Assembly: GCA_012295275.1 (NCBI GenBank)
Contig: CM022670.1
Location: 38,316,001-38,380,000, forward strand
Length of the DNA stretch: 64,000 nucleotides
Source: Chrysomallon squamiferum
Lineage: Eukaryota; Animalia; Mollusca
Direction: 5' to 3'
Part shown: piece after piece, positions 25,801-40,307 of the stretch
How the letters are laid out: each line of letters starts with the position of its first letter
How positions within the stretch are numbered: position 1 is the first letter of the stretch
The notes under the pieces: generated by a model
Told to the model about the DNA's origin: nothing
What the model saw: only the letters and a program-made list of their open reading frames with translations
Databases searched by the model: none
Program-made: the position numbers and the translations under genes

Positions 25801-28800
25801 TTGGAACTATAAAATGTGCTGTTCCTACATTGAGTTCACTTTGCAGGAACCCAGCGACGAGCGGAGCCAAAGCAAGTGATGTTTTCTGATGGAATCAGAC
25901 CAGGAGGAGACCTCACTGAGTTAGATGGGTCTGCAGAAGCTAGAGTGGCGCCCAGGAGAATTGGTCGAGTTCAGAAGAAAGTCGAGAAAGGCCACGGTAA
26001 TACATGTTAAACATTTAAAAAAAAAAGAATTAATAAATAATAAAATAATAATAATAATAATAAAGAATATAATAATAATAAAAAAAATTAAATTCATATG
26101 TAATAGCTTTTCTTCAAAGACAAAAAGAAAAAGAATATATATATATATATTGAATTCTTAAAACTGTTCCAATCAATATTTTATATATTAAAATTTATCC
26201 ATTCAACTACACAATTGCTGTGTAATTAAATTTTCAAATTTTCACTGTAAACATTGACTGAACAGTGTTATGTAAGTCAGTGAAAATATATTAATTTATC
26301 TTCAGTCAGCAATAACTGTAAATTAACATTGTTAATCTTTACTGAAACATAGACTTGATCTTTATTCAAAGAAACTTTTTTATTTTTTATTTTTTAGGGG
26401 GACATTCCTCCCCTAAAGCTCGTCATGTGAAACAAAGTGAAACACACAGGAGACCTTGTTTCATACCAGCAGAAGGTTTACCGCCATTGTGTATCACTTC
26501 TGAAAATGGAGGTAAGAATAATTATCCAAAATCTCAGATTTAAGGTTTCAGAGTCAAATAAAAGAAAGAAACATTGCATATATCGTTATATGAAAATTGT
26601 CAGATAACAATTACTTTAAGAACAGTACTGAGGGTTAACAAGAAACATGGCGTATTACATTCAGATGCTTGAGCAGTTTTTATTAACTGATTAGAGTTAT
26701 AATGACATTTTCCTGATTATAATTCTACACTTTAATGACAGTAGTTTAAAACTCAGCTGATGTATCTTTGTAAATTCATAAATTGGTCTAATGAATTTTT
26801 GTTTTCTTTATTTTTTTTTCCCAGATTATCACATGGAAGAAAATCCTGACCCGAAATCATTTATGCCACAGATAAAAGGTTTGTGTTTCTTTACCTCTTT
26901 CACTGTTTGTATTAATAGTACTTACATCCTTACTGAATTTGTTGTAAGTTATTAAAATAATTAACAATGTTGCTTGTTTTGTTTTTGTTGTTTTTCTTTG
27001 TTTGCCTGAAGTTTTAAAGCTTTTTGAGTACAATTGTAGTACAACAGTGTAATGTAATTGTTTGTGCATTTTATTTGAAGTCTCACTTTGGTTCTAAAAA
27101 ATATCCACTTTGTAATAGTTTCCCAGCATGTCTAAAGATGTTTACATAACCAAAAAAATGTACAATTAATCTTCACTAAACATAGTAATGTTTTTGACAG
27201 GAATAAAATGTGGTTCATTTAATAAATGATATAACTTCAGTTTACTAATTCAAAATGTGGAACTGAAAGTACTTTTTGTTTTAGATTTTTCTAATTTTGA
27301 AATAAAAAAAATGATTTTCATTCATTCATTAACCTCATCAATGATTTATCAGTTGTCATGATTAATATTCTTCTCTCTGTGGGAGGATTATTGTATAAAA
27401 GATTCCTTGCTGCTGACAAAAATATTTTTTTAAAAAAAAGGTTGTTTGGTTAACTGTGGCAGCAGGTTATCTCTTTCATCTTTTTTTTCTTTCCATAACC
27501 ACATACATGATGTCTTATTATAGCTTTAGATTTAAAATACTGTGTTAAATATTTGTTTCTTCTTTCTTTCAGATGAGGAAGCCAAACCTGTGATATTTGC
27601 AATAAATCGAAACCTCTTTGTGTTAGTGAAAATGCTATCATGTAAGTGATTTTATTATTTATTTACTTTGTTAGATCATTAATTTTTGAATGAAATGCTT
27701 TAGATGCTGTTTAGTCAGAGGATATTAGTTGGTTTTAATTTTTTAATTTTTTTTTTTTTAATGCAGTAATAAATGAGAACAGGATTAACAAAAAAATCGA
27801 AAGTAATTAAAATTCTAAGAAATAATAATAGTGAAAGTCACATTTGCATATAATATAATAACACATAATTTAATCAACAAAAAAAAGTAAATAAATTATA
27901 TTTTTATACAAACGTATGTTTTAAAACAGTAAATAAAAGTAATTCATGTTTTTCCGTAAAATTTGAATTTATAAATTTTCAAAATATTCCAGTCAGTGGA
28001 CCACTTTGTGTTTGCAGTTATTCAAGAGAGATTATATTTTCATTGTTATGTTCACAGTGGACTGTTGTGTGAATCGTCAGTGTTGGTGCTTCACTACAAA
28101 GGGTATGTGTACAGCAGGTCAGGATGAGATTGTCATTGTCCTGGAAGTTGAGCCAGATGAGGACTCACCACCAAAAGACATCTTCTTTCATTTCCACACA
28201 GTGTATGAAGAAGCCAACAAAGGTAAATGAGCTTCAACTCTAAAAATTTACTTGTGTTATGAATGTCATAAGTAAAGTAACTTCACAGACATTCTTGTTA
28301 AAAACATGAGCTGTAACCATAAAGTTACTGTATTATGAACATCATAAGTCACTTTAGAGATATTCCTGTTAAAAACAGATTTTTGGTGTTCATATTAATA
28401 GTCTTTTTTTATATCTAAAGTAAATAATTAGGGAAATTACTTAATTAACTGGTGATTATAACTGTATTTGATGGTTCAGAAGTGGCATATTTAGTAAGAC
28501 AATCTCATTATTAAATACCTTGGTAAATTGAAATAAAAAACTTCTTTTTGCCAAAATTCTTGTATCTGTCATACTATTTTAGTATTTATTTTTAAAATTA
28601 TTTTTATTTTATTTTAATTTCAGGCAACACCGTCTCTGACATGGGTCACAGCATATTTAACCAGACTTTCCTGGACAGTCGTGAACATGGTGGGTTTCTC
28701 TATCTGAGACCAACATTCCAGTGTCTGCAGAAAATCATTCTTCCTCAGCCTCCCTACGTGTTTGGAATTCTGCTGCAGAAGTGGGAGACACCGTGGGCCA

Positions 28801-31661
28801 AAGTTTTTCCAGTCAGACTGCTTCTACGGTTAGGAGCTGAACATCGATGTAAGCATTCAAAACTGTATTGTGAGAAATTAACCTTAATAATTTATCATCT
28901 TTTGATGTTAAACATTTGACCCTTTTTTTAAAAAAAAAAAAAAATTATTAAAAAAGTTTTGGGTGTAGTTTTCTCTTTTCTCTACCTACCAGCATTCTCA
29001 TTCATTCTTGCTCTTTCTCCCTCTCTCATTTCATATATAAATACATACATACAAATAAGTAAACAGTGTTGCATGTTTTTTTGAGAAGTATGCTTGGACA
29101 TAATTTAGATTAAAATTATTGGACAAAAACAAATATATAATTTCCCAAATCAATTTGTTTTTAAATGTAGCAGTTTAAAATTTTACAATATTTGTTAAAA
29201 CAACAATTCAGTTGAACTCATCCCTTAAAGATTTAAAGAGATTTTGATGGGTTGATTTATAACAAATACCAACATTTTTATTTAATCCAACATTTTAAAA
29301 TTTAGAATATTTCATCAAAAACTGTAAAAGAAAATTATAAATAAAGGAATATTTTATATTGTTTATTTTATATTTGAAGATTATCCCTGTCCATTGGTGA
29401 GCATCAGGAACCGGAAGCCTGTGTTTTTTGAGATAGGTCATACTATAATGAACTTGCTGGCAGATTTCCGCAACTACCAGTACATGCTTCCACAGATCAG
29501 AGGAGTTCACATCCATATGGAGGACAAGAAGACTATCATCAAATTTCCTCGAAATCAGATATGACGAGGTTGGTGGTTTTAAATGTTTTTATTTGTTATG
29601 ACTGTAATTCTTGTCATTAATATTCTAAATTAAAGTCTGCTGGTGGTATAATGGAACAGATTTTGTCTTCATCAACCTTTTACATTTTTTTTTTTAGTTT
29701 TAATTGTAATTAGAAAGGAAAATGTTCATAGATCATGTAAAGATTCATTATCTTAATCTTAATATATCTGGCATGATTTTAATTTGACTGAGGAGTATCT
29801 GTAACTCCTCTATAAAATACAACTATTAAGTGAAATGTTCTGATTTTATTATTGTAGATGCAACTTGAAACAATGGTTAATTAAGCACATAAATATATAA
29901 ATTGCATAAAAATCTTCTGACCATGAAATGAGACCTGAAAATATTAATATCTAGAGCTTTTTCTTTCTTTCTTTTTTTTTTTTTTTTTTTGTTTCTTAAT
30001 AAAATCAATATTACCAATAATGTGTAAGGAATAATCTCACATGATTTAAACCATCAAATCATAAAACAAAATGTTTCAGTTTTGTTGAAACGATGTTAAT
30101 AAGATATTTATTTGTGTGTAGCTGATGAAGATGGTGAATGGCAGTAATGAACATGTAATGGCTCTAGGAGCAAGTTTCAGTCCTGATGCTGATTCTCATT
30201 TAGTCTGCATTCAGAATGATGAAGGAAATTACCAGACGCAGGCAATAAACATACAGAATAAACCAAGAAAAAGTGAGCTATTTAACACAACATACTGTTA
30301 TATAGTAGAATATAGAAATTATTTGTTTGATTTATTTGCAGTGTGATATGGATTATTTTAACATGTTGTATTGTAAAACAGAATGGATCTGATTAACTGA
30401 TTTGTTTATTATACACTAGAAATATCTCATAACAATTATTTATTTTGAGTGTAATTAATTTTTGAAGTATGTTACAAAACAGGAAGTAAACAAGAATTTA
30501 ATTGTTGTTCTCTTTTTTAAATTTCGGGATGAAACAAAATGTAACTCGCTGTTCACTTGCTGCTTTATAAACTTCCTAATAGAAGATTTTTGTTTATTTG
30601 TTTGTTTTATCAAATTCTGTTGTTATATTATTAATCTCATCCACATGTTTTTTTTTTTAGGAGGGCCTATAATTTAAGATAACTGAAATCATACAAAAAG
30701 AAAATATATAATAATAATAATAATAAAAGTTTTTAAAAATAAAAACTACTAATAATATTCAAATAATTTAATAAAAGAAATAATTAAAATAAAAAAATAA
30801 AAACATTCTGCCAGGTTACCCTCATTTTGCAAAACTCCCTCAAAAAACCAAACCTAATATTATTTCAGTAACTGGTGCCAGTTTTGTTGTGTTTAACGGA
30901 GCACTGAAAACCACTGCTGGTCTCAGAGCCAAGTCTAGCATAGTTGAGGATGGGTTGATGGTGCAGATTCTGCCAGAGTGCATGGCCGAGGTGAAACAGG
31001 CTATCAAAGACATGCAGGATTACACCATTGGCTGCGGAACTGTGTCGTCTGACAAACCAGAGGAAGTTGTTCTTATTCAGTGGGTGGAAGATGACAAAGC
31101 AGTTAATGTAGGGTGAGCAAGCATTTGATCCACTCTTGAATTTTCTGTTATTATTATTATTTTTTTTTTTTGTTCAGTTATAATTAGAACATATTTTAAG
31201 ACTGAAAAAAAAAAAAATGTATATATTAAAAAGGAAAAACAAATATATTGAAACTTCAGTGAAATTTTGAAATTTAAAATCATGAATTTCAAAATTGCAG
31301 ACTATGAAACTAATTATTTCAACTTATTTATTTGTTGTTTGTTTGTTTATTTGTTTGTTTGTTTGTTTATGCTACTCTGGATTAATTTTAATTAAAATTT
31401 TAAATAGTTAATTAATGAAAATTAAAACAAACCAACAGCAGGAAAATGAAAACTGAATCTGATTCAAAAGAATTATTTTTAAAATTTTTAATTAAATTTT
31501 CACATGACAAAAACCCAACTGGCATCCTAGTTTCATTCTTTACAACAATTTATTTATTCATTTTATTTTATTTATTTATTTAATGATATACAATAATAAT
31601 ATTAAAAAAAAAAAAGAAATTGATTTAACAGAATCTTTTGCATTTGGTTGTTTTATTCTTT

Positions 31662-31696
<35 letters not shown>

Positions 31697-32520
31697 TTTT
31701 ATTTATTTTCCCAGTGTTAAGAGTCCAATCGACAACAAGTTGATGGATGGTATTAAAAGTATACACATCCACAACTCCACTGACTATGTGGGAGATAACC
31801 GATTAATCCGATGGACTGAAGTCTTCTTCATTCAGAACGAGGATGCTGGGTCCCGGTGGGAACCCGTTGATCTCAGCCGTCTGGCAGAAACTCTGGCGTC
31901 TGCCACCTGCATTGCAATAACTAGTCACTTAGATCAGCTGAAGGAAGCCTCAATGACAAGGATTGGACTTAGAGTGATCATTGACACAGAGAGGGTAAGC
32001 TGGATGATGTGTCCTGTTGATAGGGTAAAGATAACAATTGATCATGTGAATGTGATAAAGATGATAATGATTGAATTGGTTGTAACTGACACAGAGAAGG
32101 TAAGAAGAATGAGAAGTAAGTTTGAAAGGGTAAAGATAGTGACGGGTCAGAGAAATGATGAGCATAATGATTAGGTTTAGAGTTTTTTTGTCATGGATGC
32201 AGAAAGGGTAAGCAGAATGATCAATAATACTGAAAGATTAAAAGTGATCATCATACAAAAATGATAAGCATGATTAAGACTTGAATGATCATTGATACAG
32301 AAAGGGTAAGCACTCTGATGAGTAATGTTGAAAGTGTTAAGATAGTGATCAGCCACACAAAGATTGTAAGTTCAGTACATGGTTTTACTGATAGAGAAAA
32401 AAGAAGTTAATGAATTAATAATGCAGGAAGAGAAGGCTTGCTGATGGGTGCCAGTAAAAAGATAAGTGTAATAGACTTGGATAAAGAAAGGGAGAAAAAA
32501 CATTACTGATAATAAAATAC

Positions 32521-32553
<33 letters not shown>

Positions 32554-32950
32554 GACAGTGTCAGTTACAGCTCTTTTCAAAAACCTTTACAGTATAAGTT
32601 GTAAGTGATGGTTATTGAAATTGTTTTTAAAATTCTTTAACTTCTTTAACTTTCTGAAGTTTATTTTTGACACAGCAATGAAAAAAAAAAAAGGTTTTCT
32701 TACAGATGCTTGAATCTTGTATAAAATCTTTATTTTATGATATACATTAGTTATGTGAGTCACTAAGTTGATCAGCTCATTTTTTGTTTTTTTTCAGGTT
32801 GAATATGAAATTGGTGCAAATGGTGAAAAGCTGCCAGATTTTTACATGAATGATCTGGACAATGCTCTGATTCCTGTCATTCACAATGCAGCCTCACAGA
32901 GTCAGGAAGGACCCATAGCTTTAGAGTTGATTTTTTACATCTTAGAATGA
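17068..32950 (+). CDS. ZFYVE9: Zinc finger FYVE domain protein 9/16 (SARA/endofin family)
   Basis: Exons 17068-17116 ([16 protein letters not shown]), 17583-19967 (long acidic disordered), 20272/20278-20486 and 20841-20940 (FYVE: [35 protein letters not shown]), 23652-23792 (Smad-binding [16 protein letters not shown]), 25847-25996 (PP1 motif KQVMFSDG), 26398-26511, 26825-26878, 27573-27641, 28058-28222, 28624-28848 ([21 protein letters not shown]), 29380-29568 (1 extra base), 30122-30272, 30869-31112, 31715-31994, 32798-32950 (LELIFYILE*). Confidence 0.94.
22858..22897. repeat. (CA)n microsatellite
   Basis: Direct dinucleotide run. Confidence 0.95.
31960..32370 (+). repeat. Degenerate ~105-nt tandem repeat copying the exon 3' end and 5' splice site of ZFYVE9
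   Basis: ACAGA(G/A)A(G/A)GGTAAG-like motif recurs with its GT at 31995, 32100, 32208 and 32306. Confidence 0.75.
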
Positions 32951-35030
32951 AACTCTCTTATCTTAATGATCTTAAAGCCATTTTCGTTCAAAACCAAACT
33001 TCACGATAACTGTGGAACAGACAAATTTGCACATACACATAAGAAAACAAATAAAACAGTAGATAAATATCACTATTTGTGAAGACATTAAAAAAAAAAA
33101 GAAGTAGTTACTTTAATTATGAGCACTACACATTTTGTGAACTGTCATTTACAGTTTGTCATAGAGTTGAATTTATTTCAAACAAACATTCTGGGGTTAT
33201 CTGTTAGTAGGTAGTTTTTTTAATCCTTGAAATTAAGCTATTGTTATATATTAATATTTATATGAAAAAGTTAATATATATATATATATATATAAACAAA
33301 ACAATTAACTTATATATATATCTCAGTACAAAGATAAAAAATTGTTTTTAATCTTAATTACTCTTCAGATGGTAACAGTTAACATACATTTAATAATAAC
33401 AACAATAATAATAATATTGTAGCTGATTTAAAATACAATAGTAATAAAATAGGGGAATTTTTTTTTTTTTTTATATATCTGTCTATTCAGTATTTATATG
33501 ATTATTTTAAAACTAGAATATTTTCAAAGAAAACAAATCCAGTTGGATGATTTTGATACAGAAATATAAATTTAAAATGAGAACAAAATGAGATTGATTA
33601 TTATTTTTCTTTGAAAAGTTTACATATGTACATGCTTAACTATTTAGTATAACAGTATTTTTATTGTTGGGGAATTGGCTGTTTAACACAATTGCTTTGG
33701 TTGTTTTGTAAGACGTGAAAATCAAATTCAAAATGTGTATAAATGTATATGATAAAGATGATTATTTTTACATTCAGTAGTTGAAAATAGTGTTAACATC
33801 AAATGCTTCCTTCAGATGTATTTTTTAAAGGCATCAGAGAACTGAAAAATATTTGTAACTTGTGCAATTCACATCTTCACATCTGTACATTGTTTCACAT
33901 TCATTGTCACATTGTGATGTTTGTGGAATAGTTTCACTTTGTTGAATATACCATTTTTGGACTTATTTGTTTTTCTTATCCTATCCTAGATTCCAGGCTG
34001 TAACCTTACGGTTGTTCACTAACACTGTATGTATATAACAAAACCTTGCTAGGGGATTAAGTTTTCACTGGTTCAAAAATCATCATTTGCACTGCTATAA
34101 TTTAAAAATGTCTTCATCTTTTTATTATTATTATTATTATTTTTTTTTTTTGTCACTGTTAATATAGATCAAATAATGATTAGGATCTGAAAGTAATTTT
34201 TTTTTAATGTTGTTGATCACTTTCACATTTTCAGAGGAAATATTTCCTGTTTCACAGAAATATTTTTAATACCTGTCTGTATACAAGGTTTATCTAAAAT
34301 AAAGATTTTTGTCAATTATATTGTCAATTAGTGTAAGGCATCAAGAAAATGAAGTTGTCAATAAATAATTAATATATATATATATATATATCATTGTACA
34401 AAGATGTGATAATGTATGACAAGAAAGAAATACTTAGTCAACACAACATTGCCACCATTTTTACAATCTGTAACATTTACATGTATCCTGCTTGTTATGT
34501 ACATTTATACAGATAAAATGTTTGTATCAAATAACAAAAGAAGTTGTCATGACTTCTGTTAATTTTTATAAACAATATATTTCCTGACAGATTTGTTTTT
34601 TTAATACAAATAACTATCCTGTACATGTGTGCATTGCACATAAAATGTTACAACTGTTGATCTAAGCTAATTGATATTGTTGCACAGAATTAGATAGATG
34701 GGAATGGTATTTCACTGTGTATAAAAAAAAAAAAAAACTGAATTATTTCTTGTTGAGATTCATATTTACATTTTTATGTCTAACATAAATTATTTATTTT
34801 TTAATAACCTCCTGCAGATGACCACATGCTGTTATTTACACAATATCTTACTGGGAGAATACATTTTAACAAAAAAAAAAAAAAAAAAGAGAGAGACATG
34901 TTTACTACAAGTCCAAATAACATGAAAAAGTCATTTTGAAGATTTACCATTGATCTAGCTTGGCTAGTTACATCTGGTTGTGTCTTGTTTTTCATTTTCT
35001 GGTCATTTACCATACAAACATACATACCTG

Positions 35031-35070
<40 letters not shown>

Positions 35071-36515
35071 GATAAATACAAATTAAGATTTGGTGTCATA
35101 ATTGTTTTGTGTATGAAAGATAAAAATTGTTTGTTAGAGTAGTAGTTTTAATGGTGTTTTAATAAAATGTCCTGTTGTACAAAAAGAAAAAGGGAAAAAA
35201 AAAAAAAAGATTATTGTTGTGACTAATAATATACATTGAAACAACAACCTCATCCTTTTCTGTTCCATTAACCTCACACCTCCACTGCTGAGGTTAGATT
35301 TTATACTTGTTGCTGGAATTTGTTATTTATTTTAAAAACATTTGTTGGCTATAATCAGGAACATCAAACAAGACAAGCATAGCTTTGGTGGATTAATAGT
35401 AACTTTAAGTGTTAATTAATAGGGCATTTTGGAGAGAATGGTAACTTTCATTAATCAGATAACTATAAGTTGGTACTAAGATTAGAATTAAACTAGATTT
35501 TGTTTTTCTGTCATTGTTTCTACTTACGTTAGCTTCGTCCAGCTTTTGGACTAGCATTAAATTATTTATTATTAGCTCCTGTAAAATGATTAGTTAAAAA
35601 TAATTTCAGAAAAATATTTTTGTAAGTGTATTTATAATTTAAACATTTTGGCAATTTCAAAGTATTGTAATCTTTGGAGTCAAAAGTTATCCCTTTACGT
35701 GTTAAAGCTAAGCTAGAGTAAAATTGAAAATCTGTTATTCTGAATATTGATTGAATGTATAAAATTGACACATTTTGTGAATTTGCTACCAAAAAAAAAA
35801 TTATTCTTCCAGTGGTATTAATCAGATAAGAAATGACACATGTAACTACTTCATTTATCAATAATTTTGAGTTTCAGATCTTTTTTTTTTTTTTTTTTTT
35901 CATATGAATTTTTAAAATTTTTAGATGCTTAATGTTAAAACATCAATTAAATAAATCTTAAATTGTATAGGAATCCAGATCTCATTAGTACAATAGATTT
36001 TGCTCTTTGCCTTTCATTAGCCTCAGCTCTTGCCACCTGTTTTTGTGACTTACATTTTTCAACAATAAAAAAATCAGTCTTAAGATGATATTGAGAATAA
36101 ATAACAGGAGAAAATAAAATCATAATTTATGAAGGAAATTATTAAAATTAAACATTTAATTCTCAATTTCATTTGTTTTCATACTCATTATTTGTAAATT
36201 TATATCAAATTATTTTTTCTTCTATAACATTATTATTATTATTATTATTATTAATTTCAGTAACGTGAAAAAATTAAATAATTTAAAAAGCAGAAAATTA
36301 TTCAAATAAATCTTAACCTTATAATTCTCAGATTTGTTTGCTTTCATACTCATTAATTATAGATTAATAAGCACTACTACATAAACCATATTTTGAGTAA
36401 TTGTTTTTATTTGACTAACAGTTGCAGTGATAGACAAATGTTTTGTTATTTATAAACCAAATTATTATTTATTTATTTATTTATTTTTTTGTTTTTTTTT
36501 TTTTTAAATTATTAT

Positions 36516-36551
<36 letters not shown>

Positions 36552-37789
36552 TTTTTTATAATTATTATTATTTTTTTTTTTTTGCTCTTTCATATCAAAC
36601 AAACTGAAAGAAAGGAATCCTTTAATATCAAAATACTTATTTAGACCTTGTTTTATATCAAATAAGATGTAGTGTAGTAGATTGAGTTATCCTATTTTCA
36701 AAATCAGAATATGTCAGTGGAAAATCTTTTCAAATTGGTAAAACATTTAAGTTTGTTGCCGTTTTATTTACCAGATTAAAAGTTCATTTTAACCATTTAT
36801 ATAACATTAATTAATAAAAATTATTTTTTTTTTTTTTAATAATATTAACAAAAAGTTATTATTATATTCAAATATATATTTATATATCACATCTATAGAA
36901 CTGAATTGTTTTAATAATTGTAATAAAATTTCTAATCACATTAATGTAGAATAATGAATAAAAATAAATTATTCAAATTTAATTGTGGAACCACGAACAG
37001 AATTTTCATGATTTTCCTTAAAACTGCTAAGTTGCTGTTGATGATCCTGTTCTTTTTAAACAGTAAAATCAAACCATATTGAGGCATTAATAAGTGATTT
37101 TTCCTTTGGTTCATCAATTTTGAAGGAATGTTTTGTATTATGCAGTGCTTGAATAATTTAAATGTTATTTTGTTGATATATTTTATTTTTTATTTTTGAC
37201 TACTTAGTTTTGCTAAGAGCAGAGTATTTATATTTTCTGTTGTTTGTTTTGATAAACTTGAATATATATTCCTAACAGCTTGAAATCTTTATGACCAAAA
37301 TCTGTGGTTAATTTTTCTTTTTAGTTTGATTGGCATGTTAAAACATGCTGGTGTAATATTCACTGTACAGTCGACAGCAGTTAATTGTGATTGCAATTAC
37401 TAATTAATACGGGACAAAACTGAAACAGCCTTAGATTGTTTTCTGTATATAATATTTATTTTCTGTTAAGTACCCAATAAACAAGTGTTAATAGCTCAAA
37501 ATTAAATCTGTTTTTGTTTGTGTGTGTATTTATTTATTTATCTCATTATGTTGGGCAAGATATGATGTCTAGATAAATTTCTCTATTTTTGGACACTGAC
37601 CAAAAATATAGTTTTCTCGACTTAACTATATTCACTTTGATGTGTGTCAATAGATCATAAAAGGCCATTTTGAAAAGATTTCATTTTAGAAATAACAAAT
37701 TGTTGTTTAAGAATGTTTTTTTTAAAGTGTAGCCGTTGCAGGCAATAACGAAATCAATATGTGTGAAACTGTGAGAGTGGTGTAGCTGA

Positions 37790-38460
37790 TAAATAAAACC
37801 GTTAATTAGTTTTTGTATAATTTACATTACAGGATAAAAGAAATAACTGATTACTATCTTAAGATATTAGCTTTATCCTGCACAGGATGAATCAGGCAAT
37901 TTCCAACCTATGCAGGATAACGCTGGTATCTTCTTGACAATGGAGAGCGGTATGGGGAAAAATAAATAACTGATCAAGTGCTAGTAACAGAATAAGTTAC
38001 ATAGAACGCGGATCGGCAAGAGGTTAGGTCGATAAAACACCGAATGATTTTTTCATTAACCGCGCGATACGTTTAAGAGTTCGGGACTCCGGCTATTATA
38101 TGACGTCATAACCACCCACGTTAATATTTATGTGAACGTTCGGGAATACCCAGTTTTATATTATCAAACGCAAGAAGACGATAGAAATATTCAGAAAAAG
38201 CAAATGATTTTTGAACACATTGAGTCGAGGCTAGATATACACACATCTCTGTCTCCACATTAAAATCAGCAACAGTAACATATCCTCTTCAGTCTTTCTT
38301 GTTTTCGCCCATATGCGCTAACATTGTAAGCTGTTTGTTTACAAACCAAAAAGCATCGCAACGTTTTGCACAGTATGAGTTCCATTAACTGTATCAATGC
38401 GCGGTTTACCGCTTTCCGTTACAGCATTTTTGTATATAAAGGTCTTTAGATCGTAACTAG
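37790..38460. mobile_element. Possible non-autonomous transposon remnant
   Basis: Abrupt CpG-rich segment in AT-rich intergenic DNA, with a 21-bp imperfect inverted repeat (37862-37882 / 37911-37931). No coding homology recognised and the boundaries are approximate. Confidence 0.3.
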
Positions 38461-39926
38461 TTAAAAATAAAATAAAATAATAATAATCGTAAACAAATTA
38501 ATTATTATTATTATTTTTTATGTATAATGTTCCCATTCTGAAAGTTTTCCTGATCTCACATCCCACTTTGTTACTAACATCAGTAGTGGATCCAGTATTT
38601 TAAGGAGGGTGGATGTTGGAAGTGGATAACAGTATTAAAAAAACTAATTTATACGCAGAAATACTCAGTCAAACGTTCTTTCCTAGACAAGAGTATGCAT
38701 ATACTCATGTATTTTGTAATTAGTATACTTAGGACAGTAAATTGCAAAACATTTTTTTTTTTTTTTTATTTCGAAAAGTCCCAATATCCATTTAGATTAT
38801 AACAAGCAAAAGCCGGATTCAAAGATTTCCTTCGGAAAGCTATTTTTAGAATAAATAAGTAAAAATAAATAAAAAATAAAACAACAACAGCAATAATAAT
38901 AAACTGAATTTTAATGAGTAAACAATAAAAGTAATAAAATATAACTATTTTATTAAAGGGGTGCAATTAAAGGAATACAACATTCTTGGTTTTTGCATGG
39001 GAGTAAGGATGAATGAATTATTTCCAGTTAATTCTTATAGTCAAAAGAAAAATATAATATTTAAATAAAATATAATAAAATAAAATAATAAAATAAAATT
39101 ATGAAATAATAATAATAAAAAAAAATAATAATAAAATAAAATAAATAAAAATAAAAAAAAAACTGACATTATTATGCATCTTGTATAAAAGTAAAACAAG
39201 CAAACGACAATTATAAAAATAATAAATAAATAAAAATATATAAATAAATAAAATGAAATAAAGTAAGATAAAGTTAAATGGGTATCAAATTCTTTGAAAC
39301 TATGACGTAAAATATTACTGTAACAACGTCATAATTTATAAAGTCCAAATAATGACGTAGAAAATTCATATTCTACGTTTTGAGCAAAACCCTTGTCTAG
39401 CGCTCATTACATTTGTAATTAACTTTTGTAACGCCAAATACAGGTAAAAAGTATATGGGGAATCAGGAAGTCTCATAATTGAAAAATGTTTTCAGAATGT
39501 TCCGTTTTAAACGTTAACTTTAAAGATTTTTATTATTATTATTTTTTTATTTGATTTTTTTTTTTTAAAGGCGGTTAATAATTGATAACCGTAAATCGGA
39601 ACGTTACAAAAATATAAAGTTTTGTAAACCTACATCTTAACTAGTATTATTTAATTAAATTTTTTATAATTTATTTATATATTTTTTAATGATAAAAATC
39701 ATCTAAACAAAATAATTTGTAAAAATATTTAGTATTTAAAAGTCTGATTTTTAAAATTTTATTTAATTAATTTAATTATGTGACATCGTATGTAGGGACA
39801 TAAATTTTGTAATCATTTTATTCATTTATTTATTATTATTAATTAATTTGTTTATGATGATGATGATGATTATTATTATTATTATTATTATCATTTAATA
39901 AGTTACAAAGCAAGGCTCCAAATTGA

Positions 39927-39967
<41 letters not shown>

Positions 39968-40307
39968 TAAATAAATAAAAAATGAGGAAGATGTTTAATT
40001 CTATCTCTTAAAAGCAATTAGCCTATTTTTAGTAGCGAAGAAAATGTGAGCCAATCAAAAGACCGGTTAATCATACCATACAAAACTCTTCTTTTTGGCA
40101 GACACACCCCATCAAGAAATAAGAGAAAAGAAAACACATGTTGATATATAATAGTTAAATATTTTAGTTAATGATAATGCTGATAAACTACAGCAAAATA
40201 TTTCCTAAAGGTGTATGTGCACAAACTGAACACATCATCATGAAAATTATCGATATTTGTTCATAAATAATAGTGATTTTTATTTTCAGATGTAACAAGT
40301 AGCAGAC

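Noticed and set aside
25474-27058. ~47-nt sequence (TTTTAAAGCTTTTT..TACAATTGTAGTACAACAG) present in two ZFYVE9 introns
   Set aside because: Short AT-rich dispersed repeat with no structure suggesting function.
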